This document shows positions 38,362 to 47,670 of a stretch of 57,809 bases of DNA, in pieces. The first letter of the stretch is position 1. Each line of letters starts with the position of its first letter. The stretch lies in the NCBI GenBank assembly GCA_029555965.1, contig JAKQHY010000096.1:1-57809 (forward strand). The letters are read 5' to 3'. The position numbers and the translations under genes were made by a program. The notes beneath the pieces were generated by a model. The model saw only the letters and a list, made by a program, of their open reading frames with translations. It made no database searches and was not told the origin of the DNA. Source of the DNA: Chloroflexota bacterium. Lineage in GTDB: Bacteria > Chloroflexota > Anaerolineae > B4-G1 > SLSP01.

Positions 38362-40842
38362 TTATTCGACCAATGTTGCCGGCGAATCCACGGGTAGCGG
38401 CTCGGCAAGGGGGGGAGCCGGCGGCGCGGGCGCCAAAGCATACGCCAGCACCTCGGTGACATCATCCACCATAATGAATTCCAGATCGGCGCGCACGGTA
38501 TCCGGGATTTCATCCAGGTCGGCTTCATTCAAACGCGGCATAATGATCTTCTTCAATCCGCAGCGGTGCGCCGCCAGGGATTTATGCTTGAGGCCGCCAA
38601 TCGGCAGCACCTGGCCCTGCAGCGTCACCTCGCCGGTCATGCCAATATCGGCATTGACGGAGCGCCCGGTCAACAGAGAGACCAGCGCCGTGACCATCGT
38701 GATGCCGGCCGAGGGGCCATCCTTGGGGATCGCGCCCGCCGGAACATGCAAATGAATCTTGCCCTTGCACCCATCTTCACAGATCCCCAATTCGCGCCAA
38801 TGCGCTTCGACGTAACTGAGGGCGATCCGGGCCGACTCGCGCATCACGTCCCCCAATTGACCGGTAAGAATCAGGCTGCCATCGCCGCCAGGCATCCGCG
38901 CCGCTTCCACAAACAACACATCGCCGCCGGCAAATGTCACCGATAGCCCGGTCGCCACACCGGGTTTCTCGGTGCGCAAAGCAGCCTCAAAGCGATAGCG
39001 TGGCTTGCCCAACAATTCATGCACCCTGGTCGGGTCAATCTGAATAGGCAGCACGGTCTTCTCAGACTGTTCGGCAATACCGGTCGCCACTTTGCGGCAG
39101 ATTTTCCCAATGGCGCGCTCCAACTGACGCACCCCCGCCTCGCGGGTATAATCCCGGATCATGGTGCGAACGGCCGCTTCGTCAAATACGATCTCTTCCG
39201 GCAGCAAGCCATTGACCTCAAGCTGGCGCGGCGTCAGGTATTGATTGGCAATATGCACCTTGTCGTATTCCGTGTAGCCGTCAATTTCAATAATTTCCAT
39301 GCGATCCAACAACGGCGCGGGAATGGTGGCAGTCGTGTTCGCCGTGCAGATAAACAACACCTTGCTCAGATCGAAATCCACATCCAGATAATGATCGCGG
39401 AAAGCGTGATTTTGTTGCGGATCCAGCACTTCCAACAGCGCCGAAGAAGGGTCGCCTCGCCAATCCGCCCCGATTTTGTCCACTTCATCCAGCATGAAGA
39501 CCGGATTCTTGACTGCGGCCCGCTTGACGGCCTGCATAATGCGCCCCGGCATCGCGCCGATGTAAGTGCGGCGGTGCCCCCGAATTTCGGCCTCGTCGCG
39601 CATCCCGCCGAGGCTCATACGGGTAAATTTGCGTCCCAGGGCGCGCGCCACCGACTGGCCCAGGGAGGTCTTGCCCACACCAGGCGGCCCGACCAACGCC
39701 AGAATGGCGCCCATTCCTTCCACCTTGCGCCCCTGTAAATCGGCCGATACGGTCTCATCCAGGCCACGCTCCAGGCGGAGCTTGCGCACGGCCAAAAACT
39801 CCAGGATGCGTTCCTTTACATCTTTCAGATTATAGTGATCGGCGTCTAACACCTGGCGCGCATTGGCAATATCCAGATTATCTTCAGTCAAAGTCTGCCA
39901 CGGAATCGCAATCAACCAATCCAGATAGGTTTTAATCACCCAATATTCGGCAGCCTGCGGCGGCATTTTCTCCAACCGTTCCAATTCCCGCAGCGCTACC
40001 TCTTTGGCTTCCTCAGATATCCCACATTCTTCGATTTTCTGGCGATACTCATCAGCCTCGCGTTTGCCTTCGTCACCCTCCCCCAACTCCTTGCGGATGG
40101 CATCCATCTGTTGGCGCAAATAATACTCGCGTTGCGTCTTCTCGATCTCTTCCTTGGCCTTTTCCTGGATGCGCTGCCCGATCTCCCGCACCTCCAACTC
40201 ACGGGTGAGGACCTTGACCAGGAATTCCATCTTGTGCATCATGCGATCGGTTTCCAGGAGTTTCTGCCCTTCCTCCATCTCCACCCGCATATTGGACGCG
40301 AGCAGATACACCAACAGTCGCAAGTCTTCCAACTGTTGAATAAAACGAATGGCCTCTTCCGGGAATTGGGGGATCAATTCGGCCAGTTGGGTGGCGACTT
40401 CCAACAGACTGCGGCGCAACGCCTCCTCAATCACCGAATTTTCCACGATATCAGGAATCAGCTCAATGTGTGCCTTAAGGTATGGGTCTTCCGCCGTCCA
40501 ATGCACCGCGCGGAAGCGCTCCAACCCCTGAATAAAGACGGTCAGAGTGCCGTCCTCCCCGCGCATCACACGATGCACGATAGCCACCGTTCCCACTGAA
40601 TGGACTTCATCCGGGTGGGGAATCTCCACCGAAGCATCCTTCATGGCGACCAGTCCAACAATACGACTGCCCCGCTCGACATCCTCAATCAACTGCACCG
40701 AACGCGGAATCCCCACGGCCAACGGCATCACAATATAAGGAAAAGCCACCGTATTGCGCAACGGCAAAATCGGCAGTTCCTTAGGAATCCGCCGAATGAT
40801 TTCGTCAAGATTCTGATCTTGTAAGTTAAACCAGGGTAACAT
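38362..40842 (-). CDS. lon: ATP-dependent Lon protease
   Basis: LON N-terminal domain, Walker A GPPGVGKTS, and protease domain with KDGPSAG (catalytic Ser). ATG at 40842 with GGAGGAAAAA upstream. Confidence 0.95.
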   Translation of the reverse strand: MLPWFNLQDQNLDEIIRRIPKELPILPLRNTVAFPYIVMPLAVGIPRSVQLIEDVERGSRIVGLVAMKDASVEIPHPDEVHSVGTVAIVHRVMRGEDGTLTVFIQGLERFRAVHWTAEDPYLKAHIELIPDIVENSVIEEALRRSLLEVATQLAELIPQFPEEAIRFIQQLEDLRLLVYLLASNMRVEMEEGQKLLETDRMMHKMEFLVKVLTRELEVREIGQRIQEKAKEEIEKTQREYYLRQQMDAIRKELGEGDEGKREADEYRQKIEECGISEEAKEVALRELERLEKMPPQAAEYWVIKTYLDWLIAIPWQTLTEDNLDIANARQVLDADHYNLKDVKERILEFLAVRKLRLERGLDETVSADLQGRKVEGMGAILALVGPPGVGKTSLGQSVARALGRKFTRMSLGGMRDEAEIRGHRRTYIGAMPGRIMQAVKRAAVKNPVFMLDEVDKIGADWRGDPSSALLEVLDPQQNHAFRDHYLDVDFDLSKVLFICTANTTATIPAPLLDRMEIIEIDGYTEYDKVHIANQYLTPRQLEVNGLLPEEIVFDEAAVRTMIRDYTREAGVRQLERAIGKICRKVATGIAEQSEKTVLPIQIDPTRVHELLGKPRYRFEAALRTEKPGVATGLSVTFAGGDVLFVEAARMPGGDGSLILTGQLGDVMRESARIALSYVEAHWRELGICEDGCKGKIHLHVPAGAIPKDGPSAGITMVTALVSLLTGRSVNADIGMTGEVTLQGQVLPIGGLKHKSLAAHRCGLKKIIMPRLNEADLDEIPDTVRADLEFIMVDDVTEVLAYALAPAPPAPPLAEPLPVDSPATLVE

Positions 40843-41009
40843 TTTTTCCTCCAACCGTAATACGGGACATGCCCGCCGCTAAACGTATTAGCTTATTGCC
40901 AGCATTATAACACGCTTAGATTAGAACCATATCAGAAAACGGGAGTGATGAGGGAGGAATATGGGAACACACTCAGTAGATCGAAAATTTGCGTTCGCAG
41001 TGGCAAGGC

Positions 41010-42761
41010 TCAAGCAACACTGGACGCTGCCAACACCTGCCCCTCCAGCATTTCCACCAGATGGGCGTCGGCCAGGTAACGAGGAATTTTGACCTGGTTG
41101 TCATTGCCGCCAGGGTTGCGCACAAACAATGCCTCATGGAGTAGATCAAAGCTGCCTGGCTTTAATACTTTGATCTGGGGCATCCCCACGGACATGGCCC
41201 CGCGGAGATGACAAAAAGCGGCGTTGACGTCGCACAAACACCGATCCAGCTCCTGCGCGGTTTCATTCAGCGAGGCCGACGCCGCAGTGGGGGTGTGATT
41301 CCCCAATAACTCGACGTAAAGTACATAGCGTCCGGGGCTTTGGGAAACATCTACGGCAAAGGTGTGGTCGCGCATACGCACGTCGCTCCCGGCAAGCCAC
41401 GCCGCCGCCATGCGTTCCACAGCAGTGTTGAGATGCACCTCGGTGCTCTTCTCGCCAGCCAGGTCCAGTTTGACGGATTTCCTGCACACGAAGAGCAGCT
41501 TCGGCGATTGATGGTGGTATCCGACGATTTTGACGATGTCGCCTATCCGATAACGATACAGCCCACTGTAATTCGTCATCACCAGTTCGTAGGATTCTCC
41601 CACCGTCAGAGCGTCCGGCAGCACCGTTTGCGGCTGCGCCTGATCCATTTCGGCGACAGGGATAAATTCAAAGTAGGCCGAGTCTGGCAGCAAGATGTAT
41701 TCGTCGCAATTCGGTTGCAGAGATATTCCGATAGTTCCTTCAGACGCTGCATAGATGGCCCCGCAAAAGGGAACGTCGCCCACATAGGCGCGGATGGCAG
41801 GAACATTCACCGCAAAGTTCCCAGTAGTTACGGCGCTAATCCGCGCCATGTGGGGCCAGATGCGCGGCACGATACCCGCAAATCCGCCCGCGGCAGCCTG
41901 GCGCAGTTCAGCGGCGCGCGCCGGGTCAGGAGAAAGTTGAGCGGCCAGGCGCGCGCGTAGCTCAGGCGACAGGTTCAGATTCTCGGTCAAGGTTCCCTGT
42001 TCTATGTCGCGCACCAGCTCCTCCCAACGTTGCTCCAGGGTCAGCAACCATTGCAACACATAGGAGGCAAACACGGCCACGATATATTGCGCGTTTCGCT
42101 CGCGCAATCCGTATAGGGCATGCAAGTAGCGGGCGGTTGCCCTGTCTTTGAGCGTGAAAACGTCGGACGGGGAACACCAGAGGTGCGGTACTATCGCTGC
42201 GATACGCTGGACTGCCGACCCTGTAGCGGTACTGACGGGCATTTCTTGCGCAGACGATTGCTCCAAACGGGCATAACTCATCAGCGAAATACCCTTTCCC
42301 AAAACACTCTTGGTCTTCAGCGTTTGCCCCGGCGACAACACGCCGGCAAGCATGCCATACAGCATACCGAATCTATTGCCATTGCGCACTTTGGGAATCA
42401 ACTTCGCCGGGCCGGTAGTGCCAGAGGTGAAAACAAGTCCGACCACCGGTCTGGCCGTCAAGATATTGGCTTCGCCATTCCTTATGCGCCGAATAACGGC
42501 TTCGTAATCGCCGTAATGGCTTAGCGGCACGGCGGTCCGATAGTGCTCAGAAACCGCCCCTCCGACCAGGATTTCGTCAAAATGGTGCAAGCGACCGAAC
42601 TCGGTCTTTTGATTCTCTTGCAAGATGCGCTTCAAGGTGCGCTGTCGGACTGCGCGCGCTCGACGGGTCTGCTGTTCGAGTCTTAACCGAAGGCCATGCC
42701 CGACCATGAAAATGATCTGGCGCACAAAAGCGGAAAACCACATGGACAATTTCTCTCTCAT
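41010..42761 (-). CDS. GH3 family protein (auxin-responsive GH3-like adenylating acyl-acid amido synthetase superfamily)
   Basis: Adenylation motif LVFTSGTTGPAKLIPKV and the overall GH3 architecture and length (583 aa). Confidence 0.7.
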   Translation of the reverse strand: MREKLSMWFSAFVRQIIFMVGHGLRLRLEQQTRRARAVRQRTLKRILQENQKTEFGRLHHFDEILVGGAVSEHYRTAVPLSHYGDYEAVIRRIRNGEANILTARPVVGLVFTSGTTGPAKLIPKVRNGNRFGMLYGMLAGVLSPGQTLKTKSVLGKGISLMSYARLEQSSAQEMPVSTATGSAVQRIAAIVPHLWCSPSDVFTLKDRATARYLHALYGLRERNAQYIVAVFASYVLQWLLTLEQRWEELVRDIEQGTLTENLNLSPELRARLAAQLSPDPARAAELRQAAAGGFAGIVPRIWPHMARISAVTTGNFAVNVPAIRAYVGDVPFCGAIYAASEGTIGISLQPNCDEYILLPDSAYFEFIPVAEMDQAQPQTVLPDALTVGESYELVMTNYSGLYRYRIGDIVKIVGYHHQSPKLLFVCRKSVKLDLAGEKSTEVHLNTAVERMAAAWLAGSDVRMRDHTFAVDVSQSPGRYVLYVELLGNHTPTAASASLNETAQELDRCLCDVNAAFCHLRGAMSVGMPQIKVLKPGSFDLLHEALFVRNPGGNDNQVKIPRYLADAHLVEMLEGQVLAASSVA

Positions 42762-43036
42762 GCTATAATTTCCTCAACATTGTCTTTGACTCACGCAACG
42801 AGCCTACCCGAGCGTTTTTCGTATGGTTTGGTTGTGCAAGCAATTCGATCTATTCGCTTGCGCGGTTCCGAAACAAAAGGAGGTTTTGGGGACTGAGACA
42901 TACGCCTATCTGAGATCTGCTGCTAGGGGAAAAACTGCTTAATTACAAAAAAATGGATTGCCCTCCGCGAAATAGAAAGCAACCCGATATTACAGAACGA
43001 TAACCAATGCGCAACACTACTTCTATATGCCTATTG

Positions 43037-43110
43037 TGGGCGGCACAGGACTTGAACCTGTGACCTCCTGCGTGTAAAGCAGGCGCTCTGACCAACTGAG
43101 CTAGCCGCCC
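43037..43110 (-). tRNA. tRNA-Val (anticodon TAC)
   Basis: Folds manually into a cloverleaf: acceptor GGGCGGC/GCCGCCC, D-stem GCTC/GAGC, anticodon stem CCTGC/GCAGG with loop TTTACAC, T-stem ACAGG/CCTGT with loop TTCAAGT, discriminator A. No encoded CCA. Confidence 0.85.
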
Positions 43111-43280
43111 GAACAGGAGACATTATACCACAGGCAAAGCTTGCCGCAAATAAGTATAATCAATGAGGAAATTCTCCGTTGAATCCATTCAATTCAATGG
43201 GATTTACGCAAAGAAATGGGACGCCAATGATGAAAATCTTTCAACACAAAGGGCACAGAGGGTCTTCTCTATGCACACTA

Positions 43281-43456
43281 AGAACCTATCCGAAAATTAT
43301 AGCGGCGTTGCGCCGCTGTGCCGGGTTTTGCAGCTAAAGCCGCTTTCAGGAAGGTATTTTTTCGTGGGCGGGCTACGCCCGCCCACGAAAAAATACCCTT
43401 CGAACCGCGCCTTTAGGCGCAAATCGTGGGCCAAAACGAATTTTCGGATAGATTCT
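43281..43456. mobile_element. MITE-like repeat copy 2 (reverse-complement of copy 1)
   Basis: Same terminal inverted repeats (TIRs) and internal hairpins as 32479..32651. Lies ~170 bp from the tRNA-Val and 38 bp upstream of the next gene. Two spurious ORFs overlap it. Confidence 0.75.
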
Positions 43457-43493
43457 AAGTGCTTTGTGAGTATATACAGATTAAGGAGATAGG

Positions 43494-44537
43494 ATGAATC
43501 TGCAATCAAACAAAACTATCACCCCCCTCCCCTGCGCGGAGGTTATCAAAGCCGTCGAACGCCGCACCCCCTCACGCATCCCCCTGGTGCGCGCCAAATG
43601 GTGGGGCGAGGGTCTCTGGGAACAATACGGCGAACGGCTCAACGCCTTCGACCGTTACCCGGAAGACGTGGTGCAGTTGTGGATCGAACCGCTGGATTAC
43701 GACCAGATGGGTCTTTCGTGGGAGATCGATCACGAGGGGGCGCACGACGCACGCATTGTGCTGGACGACTGGGGCAAGCTGGACGAGTTCATCGCCAAGC
43801 TGCCCGATCCGGCGACCGATCCGCAGATTGCGTCCCTGGCGGAACAAGCGGAGCAAGCCCATGCACAGGATCGCTACGTCCTGTTCTCGTTCTGGCGGTT
43901 GTTCTTCGAGCGCCCGTGGAGCATCAGAGGCATGACGAATCTGCTTATGGACTACTACACTGCACCCGCCGAAATCCACCGCCTGCACGACGCCCTCTGT
44001 ACCCTGTACTGCGGCTACATCGAACAGGCCATCCGCGTGCTGAAACCCCACGGCTTCTGGACGAGCGACGACCTGGGCCACCAGAAACAGCCCTTCATGC
44101 GCCCGCGTACCTTCCGCGAGTACCTCAAACCCTATTACGTCCGCATCGGCGAGACGCTGCGCCGCCACAACCTGCACTGGTGGTTGCACTCCTGCGGGAA
44201 CAATACGCCCCTGCTGCCCGATTTGATCGAGGCGGGTGTGGATGTGTTCCACCCCGTGCAGAAGCACACGATGGACGAGGTCGCCGTTGCCCGCGAGTTT
44301 GGCGACCGGCTCACATTCCTGGCGGGTATTGACGTGCAGCACGTCCTTCAGGAGCAGTCGCCCGACGCGGTGCGCGCCGAAGTCCGCTTCCTCATAGATA
44401 CCTTCGACCGCCCTGACGGCGGAATGTGCCTCGCCGCCGGCAACGGCATCGTGGCGGGGACGCCCTTTGAAAACATCGAGGCGTTTTTGGATGAAGCAGC
44501 GCGCTATGGGACGGCGCACCGGCAGCAATTTGCGTAA
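43494..44537 (+). CDS. Uroporphyrinogen decarboxylase (URO-D) family protein (MtaA/CmuA-like methyltransferase-type)
   Basis: URO-D TIM-barrel family similarity over the full length. AAGGAG RBS 5 nt upstream. Confidence 0.6.
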   Translation: MNLQSNKTITPLPCAEVIKAVERRTPSRIPLVRAKWWGEGLWEQYGERLNAFDRYPEDVVQLWIEPLDYDQMGLSWEIDHEGAHDARIVLDDWGKLDEFIAKLPDPATDPQIASLAEQAEQAHAQDRYVLFSFWRLFFERPWSIRGMTNLLMDYYTAPAEIHRLHDALCTLYCGYIEQAIRVLKPHGFWTSDDLGHQKQPFMRPRTFREYLKPYYVRIGETLRRHNLHWWLHSCGNNTPLLPDLIEAGVDVFHPVQKHTMDEVAVAREFGDRLTFLAGIDVQHVLQEQSPDAVRAEVRFLIDTFDRPDGGMCLAAGNGIVAGTPFENIEAFLDEAARYGTAHRQQFA

Positions 44538-44572
44538 TTTTAAGAGACTATCCGAGCACAGGAAAATTTGAT

Positions 44573-44866
44573 ATGAAAACAACAGTCTCGTACGATCCAG
44601 AAAGAGTATTAGCGACAGAAGAAAGCAAACTAAAAAGCAAATTGAGGGACAAACAAAGCCTTAAAGAATACGCAGTAGCTATACTGATCGCTATTGCGTA
44701 CTATGTCATTGCCAGCTTCTTTGGAGAGGATTCTTCAGTTACAGGAGCAATAACTTGGATGATGCTATGGATATTGCTTTGTCAGATAACTGATTTAGAA
44801 CGCAAAAATGCTGCACTAGAAAGGAAGCTCAACGAATTGGAAAAAAGCCTGGAGTGCGAACACTAA
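44573..44866 (+). CDS. ORFan small membrane / coiled-coil protein in an AT-rich island
   Basis: AGGAAA RBS, one TM segment, and a C-terminal coiled-coil. Local GC is far below the genome average. The 3' end overlaps the convergent gene by 38 bp. Confidence 0.45.
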   Translation: MKTTVSYDPERVLATEESKLKSKLRDKQSLKEYAVAILIAIAYYVIASFFGEDSSVTGAITWMMLWILLCQITDLERKNAALERKLNELEKSLECEH

Positions 44867-47519
44867 ACACCTCCGGTAAAATCACGTAGCCATCCTCCAC
44901 CCCGGTCGCCGGGAGCCGCTCTCCTGTTTCCGGGCGATACCAACCCACGGCAAGGCGATAATCGCCTGCCGGGAGATTCCACAGGCGCAGCGTCGCAGTG
45001 TCGTGGATGCGCTGCCCGGCTTGCCAACCGCTCGTGGGACACGCCCAGGCGCACGGGATGGCGTCGTATTGCCCAACTAACGCACCATCGGCATCCAACA
45101 AGTGGACGAACAGCTTGTAATCAGCGCCGGGCGCGCGCAGGACATCCCATTCCAGGGCAAGCTCCAGCAACGCGCCTTCCGTGCGCCAGTGGTAGCCCGC
45201 CAGCGCGATGGTATCGGCAAACATCACGCCACCAGATATGGGCCGAGTATAGCGCGCGCCGTCCGCCGCAACGAACCAATGCTCCGGCGGACGATAGGAC
45301 GCTCCCGCACAAGTGAAGCTCCATTGATAATCGCCCGGCGGAGCGTCCACCCGCACACTAAGTTCCCGCACCGCCAGGTCGCCGGCCTTGAGTGAAAAGC
45401 CCCCCCACTCCACGGCGGCGGTGTACACCGGCGAAGCCGCTTCTCCTGCCAGCGCCAACGTGCAAACTGGTAATACCGGCAGATCGCGCCAAACCCGCGC
45501 TACAATCTGAAAGCGCCACACGCCATCGGCATCAGGCTGAACATCGAAGCGGATTAGCGACAGGTCGTTGGAAAGAATCATAGGGAAGCCATCGTAGGTC
45601 ACGGTCAGCGGCGCGGTGAGGTCGTAGACGGCCAACGTCTCATCCTCGTAGACGGGCGCGAGCGGCAGGATGCGCCGGAAGTGAGCGTCCGCCGCCGCGT
45701 CCATAGTGGGCTTGTGGACGAGGACGTAGCGCACGCCGAGGTCGGCCAGTTCCCGGATCGCCGCGCCCACATCCTCCGGCGGGATGGCTTGTGCGGCGAT
45801 GGCGTCGCCGGGCAGCAGGAGCGGCTTCCCCTTGAGGTTGCTCTGATACAACGCACGGATCAGCGAATTGGACGTGATCAGCGTGTACAATTCCGGCGTG
45901 TAGCGCGAAACGTGCCCTTCCACCGTCGGCCTGCCGTGCAACGTCTGGTAATACAGCCACAACTTGGCCTCGTTGTACCCCATCGGGTAATCCAGCACCG
46001 CGTACTCCTCCCCATCCGCCGCCATCTGTGCGTAGAAGGGAGAAGCCGGCAGCAACTCCCAGCGCGGCAGCGGCAGGCAGAGGTATTCCGCCAGCAGCAG
46101 CAGGCCGAGAGGCAGCAACGCCCAGCGCCGCCGCAGCCGCGCCGCGCCATACCCCGCCAGCGCCGCCAACGAAAACACCGTCAGCGCGTTCAGCCGGTCG
46201 GGCGAGCGCAGCGTGGAGAAAGGGAATATGTCCGCGAGCCAACGGTAAGGCAAGCGGATCAGCGGATAAAGCGTCCCGTTCACCCGCAGCGCACTTCCGG
46301 CAGACAACAACAGCCACAAGAGCAAGGTGAGCAGCCAGAAAACCCATTCGTCAACGGATTTAACGGATTCAACGGATTTTTTCCGTCTCCATCCGCTCAA
46401 TCCGTTGAATCCGTTGAGAAAAATTGCCAGGAAAAGGACCCCATATCCCAGGTATGGCATGTACGCCCGGTTGGCGATGAATCGCTCGTAAATCGGCTGA
46501 ACCTGATCGCCCCACAGTGGGTGATATGTGGGCGGCACCAGGTAGGCCAGCAGATCAGTCTGGTGGCTCACGCCTTCGTTGAAGCCCTCCGTCCAACCGC
46601 TTTTCCAGGCGCGGGCAATGGGGATGAGCAGCGGCGCGCTCAACAGCCCGGCGACCGCCGCCACCACCAGCAGTCGCTTGCCCAGCTCCATCCAGCGGGA
46701 AAGCGCGCGCGGCGAACGCACCAGCAGCCATCCTACGTACCCCACCGTCCACAGCGCCAGCATCACGGCGAGTTGCAGCCCGGTCCACAACGTGAGCGCG
46801 GCGAAGATGCCGGCAGCTAAAGCATATCCATTCTTTCTCAACGGATTGAACGAATTGAAACGGATTTTCCGTTTGTCAGAATCTATACCGTTCTCTGAAT
46901 CGTTTTTTCTGTCAGCAGATTGAGCAGATTGAGCGGATTTTGGACTTAATCTGCTTAATCTGCTGACAAAATTTAACTTCAAAGACGCAGGCTGATAAAT
47001 CTGAAGCGCGCGGCGCAGCATCAAGGCATACCAGGGCCACCACTGAATGAAGCCGAGGTGCGCGTGGGAAAGCGCCTGGGTGAGGTGGTACGGCGCGAAG
47101 GTGAACACGAAGCCCGCGACGAGCGCGCCCGCCGAGTTGCGCGTCAGATCGTAGGTCAGCCAGAACATCCCCCCCGCGCCGATCCACAACCCGGCGAGCC
47201 ACACAAGGTTGGACGCCGCCACCGGCCCGACCACCGGCCGCAAGGGCAGCGCCAACAGCGAACTGAGGAACGAGTTGGAGTGCGCAACCAGGCTCGCGCC
47301 CTGGGGGAAAAAGGCATAAGGGGTAAACAGCACCGGCTGGCCCGTGGTGAGCGCCTTCGCCAGCCACCAATCGTTCCAATAGAAAATCCAGTTGTCCACG
47401 TTGTTGCCGATAAGATGGGTGGACAACGTCAGCGGCGCGGGCAAGGTCATCCATCCGACCAACAGGCCAAAGAACAAGCCCACCGCGCCCCATCGCTGCC
47501 AGTTCTGTCGCGTCTTCAT
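44829..47519 (-). CDS. Large polytopic membrane protein, GT-C/YfhO-like putative glycosyltransferase with a ~350-aa C-terminal extracytoplasmic domain
   Basis: Many TM helices N-terminally, then a soluble C-terminal domain. Two in-frame heptamer-repeat insertions, at 46350..46418 and 46838..46968. Confidence 0.65.
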   Translation of the reverse strand: MKTRQNWQRWGAVGLFFGLLVGWMTLPAPLTLSTHLIGNNVDNWIFYWNDWWLAKALTTGQPVLFTPYAFFPQGASLVAHSNSFLSSLLALPLRPVVGPVAASNLVWLAGLWIGAGGMFWLTYDLTRNSAGALVAGFVFTFAPYHLTQALSHAHLGFIQWWPWYALMLRRALQIYQPASLKLNFVSRLSRLSPKSAQSAQSADRKNDSENGIDSDKRKIRFNSFNPLRKNGYALAAGIFAALTLWTGLQLAVMLALWTVGYVGWLLVRSPRALSRWMELGKRLLVVAAVAGLLSAPLLIPIARAWKSGWTEGFNEGVSHQTDLLAYLVPPTYHPLWGDQVQPIYERFIANRAYMPYLGYGVLFLAIFLNGFNGLSGWRRKKSVESVKSVDEWVFWLLTLLLWLLLSAGSALRVNGTLYPLIRLPYRWLADIFPFSTLRSPDRLNALTVFSLAALAGYGAARLRRRWALLPLGLLLLAEYLCLPLPRWELLPASPFYAQMAADGEEYAVLDYPMGYNEAKLWLYYQTLHGRPTVEGHVSRYTPELYTLITSNSLIRALYQSNLKGKPLLLPGDAIAAQAIPPEDVGAAIRELADLGVRYVLVHKPTMDAAADAHFRRILPLAPVYEDETLAVYDLTAPLTVTYDGFPMILSNDLSLIRFDVQPDADGVWRFQIVARVWRDLPVLPVCTLALAGEAASPVYTAAVEWGGFSLKAGDLAVRELSVRVDAPPGDYQWSFTCAGASYRPPEHWFVAADGARYTRPISGGVMFADTIALAGYHWRTEGALLELALEWDVLRAPGADYKLFVHLLDADGALVGQYDAIPCAWACPTSGWQAGQRIHDTATLRLWNLPAGDYRLAVGWYRPETGERLPATGVEDGYVILPEVFSVRTPGFFPIR

Positions 47520-47670
47520 CGCGGCGCATTATCGCATGGGTGAAGCCGGGAGTCAACTTGTCATTCATAGCGCTCTTGGGTATAGTACGTAAAACATAAA
47601 ACGTGAAGCTTTCACAGTAAAATCATCACGTTTCACGTGTCACGTTTCAGAAATCCCTTTCAGGAAAACT

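Noticed and set aside
43163-43509. Two ORFs (109 aa and 70 aa) between the tRNA-Val and the URO-D-like gene
   Set aside because: Both lie within or largely overlap the MITE-like repeat, whose reverse-complement copy at 32479-32651 is non-coding. They have no RBS and no conserved features.
45681-46820. 379-aa plus-strand ORF inside the large membrane gene, containing NGFNGFNGF and SVESVEK repeat translations
   Set aside because: Antisense to a coherent membrane-protein gene. It is open only because of GC richness and because the heptamer repeats lack stops in this frame.
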